DNA of 50,544 nt from Candidatus Bathyarchaeia archaeon (GCA_035529655.1 DATKWH010000131.1:1-50544); one strand, 5' to 3'. Counted from the first letter of the stretch, positions 24,654 to 34,796 are shown. Numbers and translations are program-made. Notes: generated by a model not told the origin, from the sequence alone.

Positions 24654-26438
24654 TTATCTCTTATGCGCCTCTCCCACCACTTCCCCTAAGGCTTTATACC
24701 CGTTAGTGTCAAGATACTCCTTTAATTCCTTCTTGAGCCTCGAAAAAATGTCAACCCCTTCGCTTACCAGTGCGCTACCCACCTGATACAACTGCGCACC
24801 GTTCTTCGCATAGTCGATGACGTCCTGAGCGGTGAATATCCCACCAACTGCGATTATCGGTATCTCCAACTCCCGGTAAAGTTGGAACACAATCTGCTTA
24901 CCGCCAACTGTTAAATCCTTCCCTGATTTGCCACCGTAACCAAGAGGATTACCTAAAAGAGGTATGTCAAGCGTTTCTTCCACTGGTCTGCTTATCACCG
25001 TATTAATAGCGGTGATTGCATCAGCACCCGCGCGTTGCGCCGTCAGTGCCAACCCTACAGGTGCACCGATGTTAGGTGATATCTTCACTGAAACCGGTTT
25101 TGGCTCCACAATCTCTTTTACTGCCTTTACTATCTCGTTCAGCAGTTTCGGCTTGTTTTCGATCGCCGTGAAATCTGAATGTGGACACGAGGCGTCAAAT
25201 TCAAACATGTCGACTGGATAGTCGCGAGCGATCTTCGCTAATTCGCTGCATTCCTCCACGCTGTTACCAAAGATACTCAGTACCACGGGCACAGCGGCAT
25301 ACTTCGCATCTTCTATCTCCAGCTTGAAATTTCTTATGCCTGGATTCGGAAGCCCCATTGCGTTCACATAACTCCGTGGTTCGAGTTCAATAAAAGTCGG
25401 GTTTGGATACCCTTCGTGCTCTTGCAGTCCAACCGATTTTGTTACGACCGCACCCGCACCTGCTACTGCATATCTATACAGTAACTTACCGGAAACACCA
25501 AAGCCCGCGGCGTTCATGAACGGATTGGGGAACTCAATGCCGCAGACTTCTGTCTTTAGTAAAGACACATATTCTGGTGTAAAATGTGAAGGCGGAATTG
25601 ATAAGAGTTCAACTTCTTTTCCCGTGGTTACATTTGGGTTAATGGGGATTCGTTTACCGCTCTTCTCTCGCTTCCATCTTCCAAATTCCGTGCTTGCAAG
25701 CTCTTCTGCATTGAACACCGGGCCGTCTTTACACACACGATACCCCCCGAGGTCACAAGCGCCGCACGCACCACAACTGCATTTTATTATGCGTTCTACC
25801 GACAATTGCGTAGGGATTTCCTCACGTTTCGTAATTTCGCACACGCGTTCCATCATCAGTTCTGGCCCGCAGGTCAAGATCAGGTCAATGCGTTCCCCGG
25901 AAGCCAAAACCTCCTCCAATAGCTCTGTAACAACCCCTTTATAACCTTCTGAACCATCTTCAGTAGCGACTCGGACGTCACAGCCCAAATCTCGAAATTT
26001 GTTCACGTACAGAAGCTCTGCATTACTTTGTGCACCCTCTAAAACAACGACGTGCTTACCTGATTCTTTCGCTCTGCTCGCGGCAAACCGCAACGGCGCC
26101 GCTCCATACCCGCCAGCAACCATGCAAATCCTGTCGCCGTTTACTGAGAATCCAGTGCCATACGGGCCTCTTAACCCAATTAAATCTCCCACTACTTTTT
26201 GATGCAAGCTATGAGAGCAGTCGCCGACATCAGCAATTGCAAGTTCCAAATCCCCTTCCGGCGATGCGTAAGCAATGGAAATAGGGATCTCGTCTATACC
26301 AGGATCCCAAACCATCATGAACTGCCCTGGTTTGCTTTCTTTAGCGATCTCCGGCGCGTTAAAGATGAACGTTTTTACTCCGCTACATTCTCTTTTTAGT
26401 GTTTCTATTTTATGCAGTGTCGGGATGTTTAGGGGCAT
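24654..26438 (-). CDS. pyrK-pyrD: fused dihydroorotate dehydrogenase electron-transfer subunit (PyrK) and catalytic subunit (PyrD, class 1B)
   Basis: 594 aa. N-terminal FAD/NAD-binding PyrK part ending in 2Fe-2S motif CSCGACGACDLGGYRVCKDGP. C-terminal half starts LKTEVCGIEFPNPFMNAAGF and carries DHODH motifs (SVKISPN, GGIFTAQD). Confidence 0.85.
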   Translation of the reverse strand: MPLNIPTLHKIETLKRECSGVKTFIFNAPEIAKESKPGQFMMVWDPGIDEIPISIAYASPEGDLELAIADVGDCSHSLHQKVVGDLIGLRGPYGTGFSVNGDRICMVAGGYGAAPLRFAASRAKESGKHVVVLEGAQSNAELLYVNKFRDLGCDVRVATEDGSEGYKGVVTELLEEVLASGERIDLILTCGPELMMERVCEITKREEIPTQLSVERIIKCSCGACGACDLGGYRVCKDGPVFNAEELASTEFGRWKREKSGKRIPINPNVTTGKEVELLSIPPSHFTPEYVSLLKTEVCGIEFPNPFMNAAGFGVSGKLLYRYAVAGAGAVVTKSVGLQEHEGYPNPTFIELEPRSYVNAMGLPNPGIRNFKLEIEDAKYAAVPVVLSIFGNSVEECSELAKIARDYPVDMFEFDASCPHSDFTAIENKPKLLNEIVKAVKEIVEPKPVSVKISPNIGAPVGLALTAQRAGADAITAINTVISRPVEETLDIPLLGNPLGYGGKSGKDLTVGGKQIVFQLYRELEIPIIAVGGIFTAQDVIDYAKNGAQLYQVGSALVSEGVDIFSRLKKELKEYLDTNGYKALGEVVGEAHKR

Positions 26439-26577
26439 TTTATCGGGTTTTTATAAATTTTTGCGTTATTCCGGCATTCTCTTCCTTGGTTTTGTTTGGA
26501 TATTTTATAGAGTAATAACTATGTTGAAAAGCTATTTACCCTTTTCCATCTCTCATCCTATTGCTTACTTATAAAAT

Positions 26578-27420
26578 ATGACTGAAGCACTAAGACAATT
26601 TCTCGATACGTACTATATCCATCCAATAACGCACGACACTGGCTATAATCTGGTAAATACGATAACATGGGCGTTATTACTGGTAGCCTGCCTCTTTTTG
26701 ACATTGAAATTACTGAAGAAGCTTGACATAAAGATAGACCACCGTTTTATCGCCGCCGTATCGCCTTACATCGTGGTCGGTGCGAGCCTACGGGTAATGG
26801 AAGACGCAGAATTATTTTCGCCTCCGCTGAGCTACCTGCTGATTACACCGTTAATCTTCTTTCTTATGTTCTTTTGCTGTGTTGCCATACTCATTCTATC
26901 GGTGAATTTATCCCGGTTAAACTGGATAAAGGATTACGATTACACGCTGGCTTTTGGTCTGATCGGAGTGTTATGGGCCATCGTAAACCTAACAATTCTA
27001 CTTTGGCGGGAAGAAATAGTTTTCGGTTGGGTTCTTCTTGCAGTTATCGGTATTTCAGGGATACTCTTAGGTGTGATATACGCGATTGCGGCGATATTCG
27101 GTGTTCAGTTTCTCACCGAAAAGGTGAATGCCGCCGTTTTAGCCGCTCATCTGCTCGATGCCTCTTCTTCTTATATCGGGATTGATATGCTTGGGTACAC
27201 CGGGAAACATGTAGTAGAAGGGTTTATCGTTAAGTATACGGGCACAGCAGCCGGAATGTTTCCCCTCAAGCTTGGGATACTTGTCCCGATATTATATGTG
27301 TTGGATACGCAATTTACAGATGACGACGTGGAGCTGAAAAATCTCGTTTTGTTAGCGCTTATCGTTATTGGGCTAGCACCTGCCGTGCGCAACACCCTCA
27401 GAATGATTTTAGGGGTTTAA
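26578..27420 (+). CDS. archaeal integral membrane protein (DUF63-like)
   Basis: 280 aa, multiple TM helices. N-terminus YYIHPITHDTGYNLVNTITWALLL resembles DUF63. Confidence 0.45.
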   Translation: MTEALRQFLDTYYIHPITHDTGYNLVNTITWALLLVACLFLTLKLLKKLDIKIDHRFIAAVSPYIVVGASLRVMEDAELFSPPLSYLLITPLIFFLMFFCCVAILILSVNLSRLNWIKDYDYTLAFGLIGVLWAIVNLTILLWREEIVFGWVLLAVIGISGILLGVIYAIAAIFGVQFLTEKVNAAVLAAHLLDASSSYIGIDMLGYTGKHVVEGFIVKYTGTAAGMFPLKLGILVPILYVLDTQFTDDDVELKNLVLLALIVIGLAPAVRNTLRMILGV

Positions 27421-27554
27421 TTGTGTGTACCATGGGCATTGTTAATCTTTGTTCGCCACAATAGCACTCCGCATGTATAAAATACACCGTAAAAATGTCT
27501 CCGCCACATCATTAACGCCCTAAAAAAGCGAAAAATTTAAATAGCCTCTTACGA

Positions 27555-28286
27555 ATGAAATACGAGGAGGTAAAAGAAATGGTAGAAAAATCGAAAAAAT
27601 GGAGACTATTTGTGGGGTTACTTCTTATTGGAGTAATCGTAAGTGCCGGCTGTGTCGGTGAGACGCCAACGGAGGAAGGAGAGGCATCACAAGCATCAAC
27701 CACTGAAGAAGCATCTACTGCAACATCAAGTGACGAGGGAACATCGCTAAGCGACCTTTTGAGTAAGGCAGGAAGCACAACTTCTGTCAAATATGACCTG
27801 GTGACGACAAGCCCCGGTAATCCAACAGTGACATCCACGGTATGGGTGAAAGGGAATAATATGAGAATGGAAATGACCGCGGAAGGGCAGAAGATGATCA
27901 CAATAATAAACGGTGATAAGCAAGAGAGGTATATGTATTATCCTGGAGAGAACATGGCAATGAAAATGGATTTCAGCCAGGCTCCAGAATCTGCCGTAGA
28001 AGAAGCTGTATCTATCGAGCAATATAACCCAACGGTTATCGGTACTGAAACAATAGATGGAAAGCTCTGCACCGTCGTTGAATACGCTTCCCCTGAAGGA
28101 AGTGCAAAGATGTGGATATGGCAAAAGCACGGGTTTCCTATCCGAATGGAAATGACGACACCTGAGGGTACATTGAGGGTGGAATTTAAGAACATAGATT
28201 TCGGCGACATTCCAGATAATATGTTTGAACTACCTGCTGGAGTAGATGTAATAGAGATGCCAGGGGGTATGCCCAACATGCCTTGA
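27555..28286 (+). CDS. secreted lipoprotein-like protein (LolA-like/DUF4367-like beta-rich domain)
   Basis: 243 aa. Signal peptide with lipobox-like VSAGC, T/S/E-rich linker, beta-rich body (VWVKGNNMRMEM...KMWIWQKHGFPIRMEM). Confidence 0.35.
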   Translation: MKYEEVKEMVEKSKKWRLFVGLLLIGVIVSAGCVGETPTEEGEASQASTTEEASTATSSDEGTSLSDLLSKAGSTTSVKYDLVTTSPGNPTVTSTVWVKGNNMRMEMTAEGQKMITIINGDKQERYMYYPGENMAMKMDFSQAPESAVEEAVSIEQYNPTVIGTETIDGKLCTVVEYASPEGSAKMWIWQKHGFPIRMEMTTPEGTLRVEFKNIDFGDIPDNMFELPAGVDVIEMPGGMPNMP

Positions 28287-28325
28287 AGGCATGTAGAAAG
28301 AAGAAAGTAAAAAGGATGTGAAAAA

Positions 28326-28682
28326 ATGGAAAAAACATCTATGGGTTTGGACGAGAATATAGAAGGGCTTCTGTGTTATGTTCTTGGCTGGTTAACAGGC
28401 ATTGTCTTCTTGGTTCTGGAGAAGGATAACAAATTCGTTCGATTTCACGCAATGCAGTCTATCGCAACGTTTCTACCGCTATCAATTATAGCAGTTGTAA
28501 TCAGCATGATGGGCAGCTTTTTCTTGTGGGGATTTGGTGGACTTTGGGCGATTTTCTCGCTCATCAGCATGTTGATATGGATATTAGCAGTGATACTCTG
28601 GTTAGTACTGATGCTCAAGGCATATCAGGGAGAGAGGTATAAGCTACCGATTGTAGGAGACTTTGCCGAAAAACAGATATGA
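28326..28682 (+). CDS. DUF4870-like small membrane protein
   Basis: 118 aa. LLCYVLGWLTGIVFLVLEKDNKFVRFHAMQS motif and three TM helices. Confidence 0.5.
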   Translation: MEKTSMGLDENIEGLLCYVLGWLTGIVFLVLEKDNKFVRFHAMQSIATFLPLSIIAVVISMMGSFFLWGFGGLWAIFSLISMLIWILAVILWLVLMLKAYQGERYKLPIVGDFAEKQI

Positions 28683-28799
28683 AATGCTATAGGAGGGATA
28701 AATATTTCCTCCTCTATTTTTTATTTTATGTTGTTCTATAGGGATTTGATAGCGTGTGGCTAATAAAGCACATAAGAACGGGCTACAACTATCCAGAAC

Positions 28800-29576
28800 T
28801 TAAATATACTCCGCTAATTTCACAAACTCCTCTGGACTTAACTCCTCTGGCCTCTTCTCTAATTCTGTAAGTGCTAAGCTTCCCGAAAAACGCGATTTGA
28901 ATATAATCCTCATCTTCTTTCTCCTCTGATCAAACGCTGTAGTAACAAACTCAAAAATCTTCCTTTTATCCTCTATTAATCCGCGAATTTTCTCTTTCTC
29001 CCTCAATCGCACTATCGCTGTTTTAACCGGTGGGGGGGGATAAAATGCATCTCGGTGAACAATTTCGAGAATTTCGATCTCTGCCAGCGCCTGCGAGATA
29101 ACGGATAACCGCCCGTACAGTTTCGATCTTGGCTTTGCAGTCATTTTCTGTGCAAACTCTTTCTGATACAACAGCACCGCAAGTCCGAAGCCTTCGTTAT
29201 GAAGCAGCAATTTATACGTGATTGCCGACGATATCGAAAAAGGTATGCTCGCAACAACTTTATCAAATTCCGGTAACTCGATTTTCATAAAGTCGCCTTC
29301 TATTACCTCCGTTATGCTTTTTTTATTACCGTATCGTTCCCTTAATAGCTCACACAGTTCCTTGTCCTTCTCCATCGCATACACCTTCTTCGCTCTTTGA
29401 TCCAGCATCGCAGTGAGGCTTCCCACGCCCGCGCCGATCTCCAGCACCACATCACCACGCTCTACACCTGCATACTCCACCATTCTCGATGTCACGCGGT
29501 CATCAATCAGAAAATACTGCCCTAAACACCTCTTAGCTCTTATGCCACGCTCAATAAGGATATTTTTGACGTCCAT
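28800..29576 (-). CDS. rsmA: 16S rRNA (adenine-N6,N6)-dimethyltransferase (KsgA/Dim1)
   Basis: 258 aa. LGQYFLIDDRV, SAM motif VLEIGAGVGSLT, PFSISS. Confidence 0.9.
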   Translation of the reverse strand: MDVKNILIERGIRAKRCLGQYFLIDDRVTSRMVEYAGVERGDVVLEIGAGVGSLTAMLDQRAKKVYAMEKDKELCELLRERYGNKKSITEVIEGDFMKIELPEFDKVVASIPFSISSAITYKLLLHNEGFGLAVLLYQKEFAQKMTAKPRSKLYGRLSVISQALAEIEILEIVHRDAFYPPPPVKTAIVRLREKEKIRGLIEDKRKIFEFVTTAFDQRRKKMRIIFKSRFSGSLALTELEKRPEELSPEEFVKLAEYI

Positions 29577-29588
29577 TTTTCAGGCCAC

Positions 29589-30545
29589 CTAAATTTTCAT
29601 CCCACAATCGGGTTTCCACACTAATTCCTTCTCTCTCGTTCTCAAACCGCTATAATCGCCTTCCAAACACTGCTTCGCAAGATATGTCAGGTCGTCAGTT
29701 CTCGATTGAAGATATAACCTTGCATCCTCATAAATGCCCTCTTCACTGGTAGCTATCGCGCTCGCATATTCATCCAGTATTTTACTGTACGTACTCAAAA
29801 ATCCACTTTTGAAGTCCACATCTCTCTTGGTCAGTCGTTTTATCTCTTTCACGACTTCCGGATGTGGTGGTAAAAACAGCGGCACGCCTAATAATACATA
29901 CCAGTCAGGATCGTGCTCGTAATAACTCTTCAAGAACGCATTGAGCGCAAATCGTTGCATTCTCCTTGCGACCAGCTCTTCTTTCTCCTTGAGATAAATC
30001 GGTGCTGTGAGTTCCAATGGTAGTTTCTTTATTTTTATCCTCGTTGAGGGGCTTTCATCTTCTATCCGCCTCTCTGTTTTGTCCACAAGCTCCGAGAATA
30101 ACGCTGAATAATCCGTTTTGTGAATATGCGAATGCGTATCCTCATGTACCAGTCGGGTGAGCATGAACCTCAAAACGGTGAAGTCATACGCACGATACAC
30201 TCGTTTTAGTATTCCCACCCTTGTCTTTGCCATCTCATAATTCTCAATCAAAATGTGGGCCGTATCTGACTTTATCTCGAACTCTGAGAAGTACTGATTC
30301 GTTAAATGCCATTCAATACTTGTCCGTCCAGCATGGACAGCTTCATGCAATCTTTCCCCTATCCAGGTTTGTGCTCCATGCATCTCAATCGCGTTTTCAA
30401 ATTCCGGAATGAAACTTTCAATCGCCTTTAACAATGCTAAAAAGGATTCAACAGATATGCCATTCTCCTGATTAATAGCGTGGATTGGTTCTTCACCTGC
30501 TTTTTCAATCGTCAACTCCGACGATTCGGTCAATTTTAATTTCAT
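29589..30545 (-). CDS. conserved hypothetical protein, co-oriented with and 12 nt upstream of rsmA
   Basis: 318-aa ORF with core-like composition. His-rich patch LVHEDTHSHIH. No family recognised. Confidence 0.4.
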   Translation of the reverse strand: MKLKLTESSELTIEKAGEEPIHAINQENGISVESFLALLKAIESFIPEFENAIEMHGAQTWIGERLHEAVHAGRTSIEWHLTNQYFSEFEIKSDTAHILIENYEMAKTRVGILKRVYRAYDFTVLRFMLTRLVHEDTHSHIHKTDYSALFSELVDKTERRIEDESPSTRIKIKKLPLELTAPIYLKEKEELVARRMQRFALNAFLKSYYEHDPDWYVLLGVPLFLPPHPEVVKEIKRLTKRDVDFKSGFLSTYSKILDEYASAIATSEEGIYEDARLYLQSRTDDLTYLAKQCLEGDYSGLRTREKELVWKPDCGMKI

Positions 30546-30682
30546 CGTGATACGTTGAGATATGTAAAGAATCTGAAATGCACGATTTAATGTAAAATCT
30601 AATAGTTTGCACCCTCTTTAAATTTTCTATTTCATTTCTTTTCTTTTAAAAAGTTACATTTAAATTTTGACAGTAGAGTAAG

Positions 30683-31528
30683 ATGACAAAAGACCGCCAT
30701 GTCTTTGAGACTTTGGGGAAAGCGAGAGTTGTGGTAGAAGACGGTAAGGTAGTAGAAGTTGGTAGCCCGCTACTCACGTATTGCAGGTTGTGGGAAAAGA
30801 TACGCGGGATAAGTGAACTGAACGAGCAAGAAATAAAAGATAACATTGAATTCAGAATACGCGATTTTGGGATGTGCACTGGGGATAGAGTAGTAGAGAT
30901 GGACGCTTTCGTTGGTTTTGGCGCTTCGGAGACGTTTATGACTGCGCTTCGTCGCGGTTTGCTCGATAGCACCGTTACGGTTTGCGAAGGTGCAGGCACG
31001 GTAATCACTGCTAATCCCGCATTGGTGCAGGGAATAGGCGCACGGCTAAGTGGTGTAATTGAGACCACGCCGATTGATGGATTGATAAAAAGGATACGAG
31101 AGATAGGCGGGGGAGTTCTTGATCCGCCAAGGATAGACCAGACAGCAGGCTTGCAGAAGGCACTTGAATTAGGATACGGAAGAGTGGGTGTTACCGTGTC
31201 CTCAGTGGAAGATGCACGGCGTTGCAGAGCTATTAGTGAGCTTGCGGTTATATTCGGTGTGCATCTCACGGGCATCTCCAGAGAAGACGCAGAGGCGTTC
31301 TGTGAGACCTCGGACCTTATTACCGCCTGTGCATCACCGCACATACGAGAACTCGCAAAAGATAAAGCCCGTTTACAGGCAGGCACCGCAATCCCGATAT
31401 TCGCACTCACGTCCATAGGCAAGGAATTACTTTTAGAACGTGCTAAAGAGGTCGAAAATCCTTTGTTGTTGAATACCATGCAATTGCCTGTCCTTCCGGA
31501 AGAGAGACAACCTAAGCCACTGGTGTGA
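30683..31528 (+). CDS. putative methanogenesis marker protein 8 (DUF2099)
   Basis: 281 aa. VVEDGKVVEVG...YC.LW, IEFRIRDFGMCTGDR and VCEGAGTVIT..PALVQGIGARLSG resemble my memory of the marker-8 family. Confidence 0.55.
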   Translation: MTKDRHVFETLGKARVVVEDGKVVEVGSPLLTYCRLWEKIRGISELNEQEIKDNIEFRIRDFGMCTGDRVVEMDAFVGFGASETFMTALRRGLLDSTVTVCEGAGTVITANPALVQGIGARLSGVIETTPIDGLIKRIREIGGGVLDPPRIDQTAGLQKALELGYGRVGVTVSSVEDARRCRAISELAVIFGVHLTGISREDAEAFCETSDLITACASPHIRELAKDKARLQAGTAIPIFALTSIGKELLLERAKEVENPLLLNTMQLPVLPEERQPKPLV

Positions 31529-31540
31529 TCTCTAAACACT

Positions 31541-31632
31541 AAATCCGAAATCCTAACCACCAATTATTTTTTCTTTTAGCACAGGTTTTCTTTTTTCTAA
31601 AAAGAAAAAGTGTTGCTTAGGATTTGGGATTT
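31541..31632. terminator. bidirectional terminator hairpin between convergent genes
   Basis: AAATCCGAAATCCTAA (31541-31556) pairs with TTAGGATTTGGGATTT (31617-31632), 15/16. The loop holds oligo-T tracts on both strands (TTATTTTTTCTTTT; CTTTTTCTTTTTAG on the minus strand). Confidence 0.55.
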
Positions 31633-31645
31633 TCCTACTCGCTAT

Positions 31646-32338
31646 TCAGCGTATATACTCAGTCGGGTCTTCTACACCAGCATCTTTGAACCCGCGCCTA
31701 CGATGTAAACAAGACGCACAGATCCCACAATGCTTCGCACCACCTAAATAGCATGAATACGTTAAGTGCAACGGAGCTTTGACTTCCATCCCTTTCTTTA
31801 TTATTTCCGGTTTCAACAAATTCACTAACGGTGCTTTTACAGAAGGTACGCGAGAAAAAGATGCTACTGCTTTCTCTAATACTGCATTATACCTCTTAAC
31901 GAAATCCACATCATTGTCCGGATACGACCGTGCCTCCTCTGCATTGAAGCCCACAAAGATGGCTTCTGCACCGATAACCTCTGCATAAGCGCTCGCATGC
32001 GCTAAAAGGATTAAATTGCGACAGGGCACCCAGGTAGATGGCGTCTCTTGCTCTTTATCTAAATCCACTTCTTCGGCTACCGGAACTTTTCTTTTGACGT
32101 CCGTCAGAGCAGACCCGCCAAGTTCTTTCAAGAACGGTATTTCCACTAACTTCCGCTCCTTTGCACCTAAGTACCGCGCTATTTTCTCTACTGTTTCTTT
32201 TTCTCGCTCCTCGGCGCGCTGCCCGTAGGATGCATGGAAAAAATGCACTTCGTATCCCTCATGCGTTGCAATGGTTGCTGCAACCGTGGAATCAATTCCG
32301 CCTGAGCAGACACAAACTGCTACTTTTGTCCTTGCCAT
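31646..32338 (-). CDS. queC: 7-cyano-7-deazaguanine synthase
   Basis: 230 aa. PP-loop CSGGIDST and C-terminal zinc Cys cluster CY..GAKHCGICASCLHR. Confidence 0.9.
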   Translation of the reverse strand: MARTKVAVCVCSGGIDSTVAATIATHEGYEVHFFHASYGQRAEEREKETVEKIARYLGAKERKLVEIPFLKELGGSALTDVKRKVPVAEEVDLDKEQETPSTWVPCRNLILLAHASAYAEVIGAEAIFVGFNAEEARSYPDNDVDFVKRYNAVLEKAVASFSRVPSVKAPLVNLLKPEIIKKGMEVKAPLHLTYSCYLGGAKHCGICASCLHRRRGFKDAGVEDPTEYIR

Positions 32339-32489
32339 ATCATTTAGAGTCTATTGGATTGTACTACTAAAAAGGTGTTAAGGCATACCCGGACACCCCT
32401 GCATTTCCAGTGGAAACTACATCCTAACTCCGACTTTGTGTTCTTTCGGTTTGGAGAGGAATATTTCAATCACGCTACAGATAAGGATG

Positions 32490-32498
32490 TTTTATATA
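32490..32498 (+). promoter_or_regulatory. candidate TATA box for 32521 gene
   Basis: TTTTATATA about 25 nt upstream of ATG 32521. Confidence 0.35.
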
Positions 32499-32520
32499 CA
32501 CATAGTGTATAACAAAGATT

Positions 32521-33189
32521 ATGGCATATTATTGCTCTATATCAAAAGAAGAGATTTCGGAAGAAGAGTATAATTATTCTATAAAAAAGTACGGTGTAGC
32601 CCTATCCAGAAAGGAACAAAAAAAATACTCTGCTTCGGTTGATTCAAAGTTAGATAAAAAAGCAACCAATAAGAGTTCTTCTATAAAAGATGATTCTCAA
32701 GGTCTTTCTAAAAGAGAAGAGCAATACAGGGAAGGGATGATTAAAGGCAGAATTGCAGAAACCCTCATAGAAGAACTATTTTTGTCTTTAGGATATAATG
32801 TTTTTAGATACGGCATGGAGAATACTGTTCCTGGAATAATGAGTTTGCTTAAAGGGGTCAGAAGTGATGTTGCTCACAATATACGAAGGATGCCAGATTT
32901 TGTAGTTCAAAAAAAGAATGGAGAAGTTTATTTTATAGAAGTTAAATTTAGAGCCAAGGAGGAATTTAAGTTTAGTGATTTGCCTGAAGATTATCCATAC
33001 AAAAACTGCTATTTTATTCTTGTATCCAAAAAGCATATAAAATGCATTACTTACGATGAGTTAAAAGAAGGTAAAGAAGTAACACCTACATCTCACAATT
33101 ACTTGGGGCATAGAAAAGAATTTGATTTAGATAAACCTACTATAATTAAATTTTGTGATTTTGCTGTGAAGTTTTTTGAAAATGTTTGA
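32521..33189 (+). CDS. PD-(D/E)xK nuclease-fold protein (Hjc/restriction-endonuclease-like core) with K/S/E-rich N-terminal region
   Basis: 222 aa. GRIAETLIEELFLSLGYNVFRYG...MPDFVVQKKNGEVYFIEVKFR gives an E...D...ExK arrangement. Clearly AT-richer than its neighbours. Confidence 0.45.
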   Translation: MAYYCSISKEEISEEEYNYSIKKYGVALSRKEQKKYSASVDSKLDKKATNKSSSIKDDSQGLSKREEQYREGMIKGRIAETLIEELFLSLGYNVFRYGMENTVPGIMSLLKGVRSDVAHNIRRMPDFVVQKKNGEVYFIEVKFRAKEEFKFSDLPEDYPYKNCYFILVSKKHIKCITYDELKEGKEVTPTSHNYLGHRKEFDLDKPTIIKFCDFAVKFFENV

Positions 33190-33511
33190 TTTTTATAATC
33201 AAAAGTAAATTAAAAACCTTTATCGTGTAGTCCTATCGCTCGACCACCGTTTTTCTTGTGCTCTTTACCGCTCCACAAACAAGGTGCGTTTCAGTCTTTT
33301 TTATCTTAATTCCCCTCCTCTTATCTGTAAGCTATCCAACGGACTTTTTATCTTACCTATATCTTTATTACTCACATGAGTATATGTTTCTGTCGTCTTT
33401 GAACTTTTCTGTTCCAACAACTCGTGAATATCCCCCAAATCCACACCACACTCTAAAAGATTTTTAGACGTAATCCCATATAACTAAACTGTAAGAAGCT
33501 AACAACAGACA

Positions 33512-34768
33512 ATGACTATGATACAAATACCCTACGGCACCAAGCAGATAGAGATGGAGATAGAAGGAGCTGAGTTATTAGACGTTGAGGAGGTAGATAG
33601 CAGAAGAACCGCCACCAGCGAAAACATGGATGTGATTAGAGAAGCTCTCCGCAAGCCATTAAGCACAAAACGGTTACGGGAGATCGTGGCTACAAAAAAC
33701 CCGAAGAGCATAGTAATCGTTGTTGATGACCACACAAGAGATACCCCAACGGAGATTATGCTTGATGCCTTATCAGAAGAGCTTGGAGAAGCCCATAAAG
33801 ACCATATCACTCTACTGATTGCCTGTGGCACCCACACAACCCCAACGGAAGAGGATTTAAAAAGGCTTCTTGGCAAATACTTTGACCACTATACCATAAA
33901 AATACATGATTGCGATGCGGAAGATCTGGCACATGTGGGCACGACCAGTCGAGGGACACCAGTAAGTCTGAACAGGAACTACGTTGAAGCGGATATAAAG
34001 ATCTTAACGGGCGATATAACCTTACATTATTATGCAGGGTTTGGTGGCGGAAGAAAGAGTATTCTCCCGGGTATATCAGCACGGGAGACGATAAAAAAGA
34101 ACCATGCGCTTCTGGTGGACGAGCTTGCTCGGACGGCGAACTTAGAGCGTAACCCGGTTCATCTGGATATGTCCGAGGCGGCAGCTTTTGCACCGCCTGA
34201 TTTCGTGCTCAATATCATTGCTTCAGGGACCGGTAATGTGATAGATGCATATGCAGGAGACCTGCACGAAGTGTTGCATAAGGGTGTTGTGGTTGCTAAA
34301 GACTTGTTCTGCCGCGATACTCACGAGTTATTCGCCCTCTTGGTGGTGAGTGCTGGTGGATTTCCAAAAGATAGAACTCTGTATCAGGCGACGAAGGCGA
34401 TAGAGAACTGCTACAGAGCTGTAGTACCAGGCGGAGAGCTGATTTTAGTTGCTGAATGTCGAGATGGGGTAGGGGATACATATTTTGAGAGATGGATGAA
34501 CGATTATGTAACCTATGAAGAAGCGGAAGAAGCTATAAGAACAAATTTTGTGCTCGGTGGGCATAAAGCATACTATATAAGAAAAGTGATGAAACGTTTG
34601 GGGTTGTCTATTGTATCTGAACTCGATGCGCACGTTCTAACAAGATGGCAGATAAAACCCTACAAGTCAGTAGGCGAAGCACTTGCAGGTGTAAAAAAAG
34701 ATAAGGTTAAAATAGGTATAGTTAAAAAAGGCTTGGATACCTTAATAATGCCAGCGATAAATTTATAG
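33512..34768 (+). CDS. LarA-family nickel-dependent racemase/epimerase-like protein (DUF2088)
   Basis: 418 aa. VVDDHTRDTP, ACGTHT and HYYAGFGGGRKSILPG motifs. Confidence 0.75.
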   Translation: MTMIQIPYGTKQIEMEIEGAELLDVEEVDSRRTATSENMDVIREALRKPLSTKRLREIVATKNPKSIVIVVDDHTRDTPTEIMLDALSEELGEAHKDHITLLIACGTHTTPTEEDLKRLLGKYFDHYTIKIHDCDAEDLAHVGTTSRGTPVSLNRNYVEADIKILTGDITLHYYAGFGGGRKSILPGISARETIKKNHALLVDELARTANLERNPVHLDMSEAAAFAPPDFVLNIIASGTGNVIDAYAGDLHEVLHKGVVVAKDLFCRDTHELFALLVVSAGGFPKDRTLYQATKAIENCYRAVVPGGELILVAECRDGVGDTYFERWMNDYVTYEEAEEAIRTNFVLGGHKAYYIRKVMKRLGLSIVSELDAHVLTRWQIKPYKSVGEALAGVKKDKVKIGIVKKGLDTLIMPAINL

Positions 34769-34796
34769 ATAGAAAAAGGAGTAAGGAAAAGAGGCA

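Noticed and set aside
30646-31563. 305-aa minus-strand ORF covering the whole marker-protein-8 gene
   Set aside because: It is antisense to a gene with clear conserved motifs. Its translation is low-complexity (S/T/P/A/R-rich) with no recognisable motif, a typical shadow ORF.
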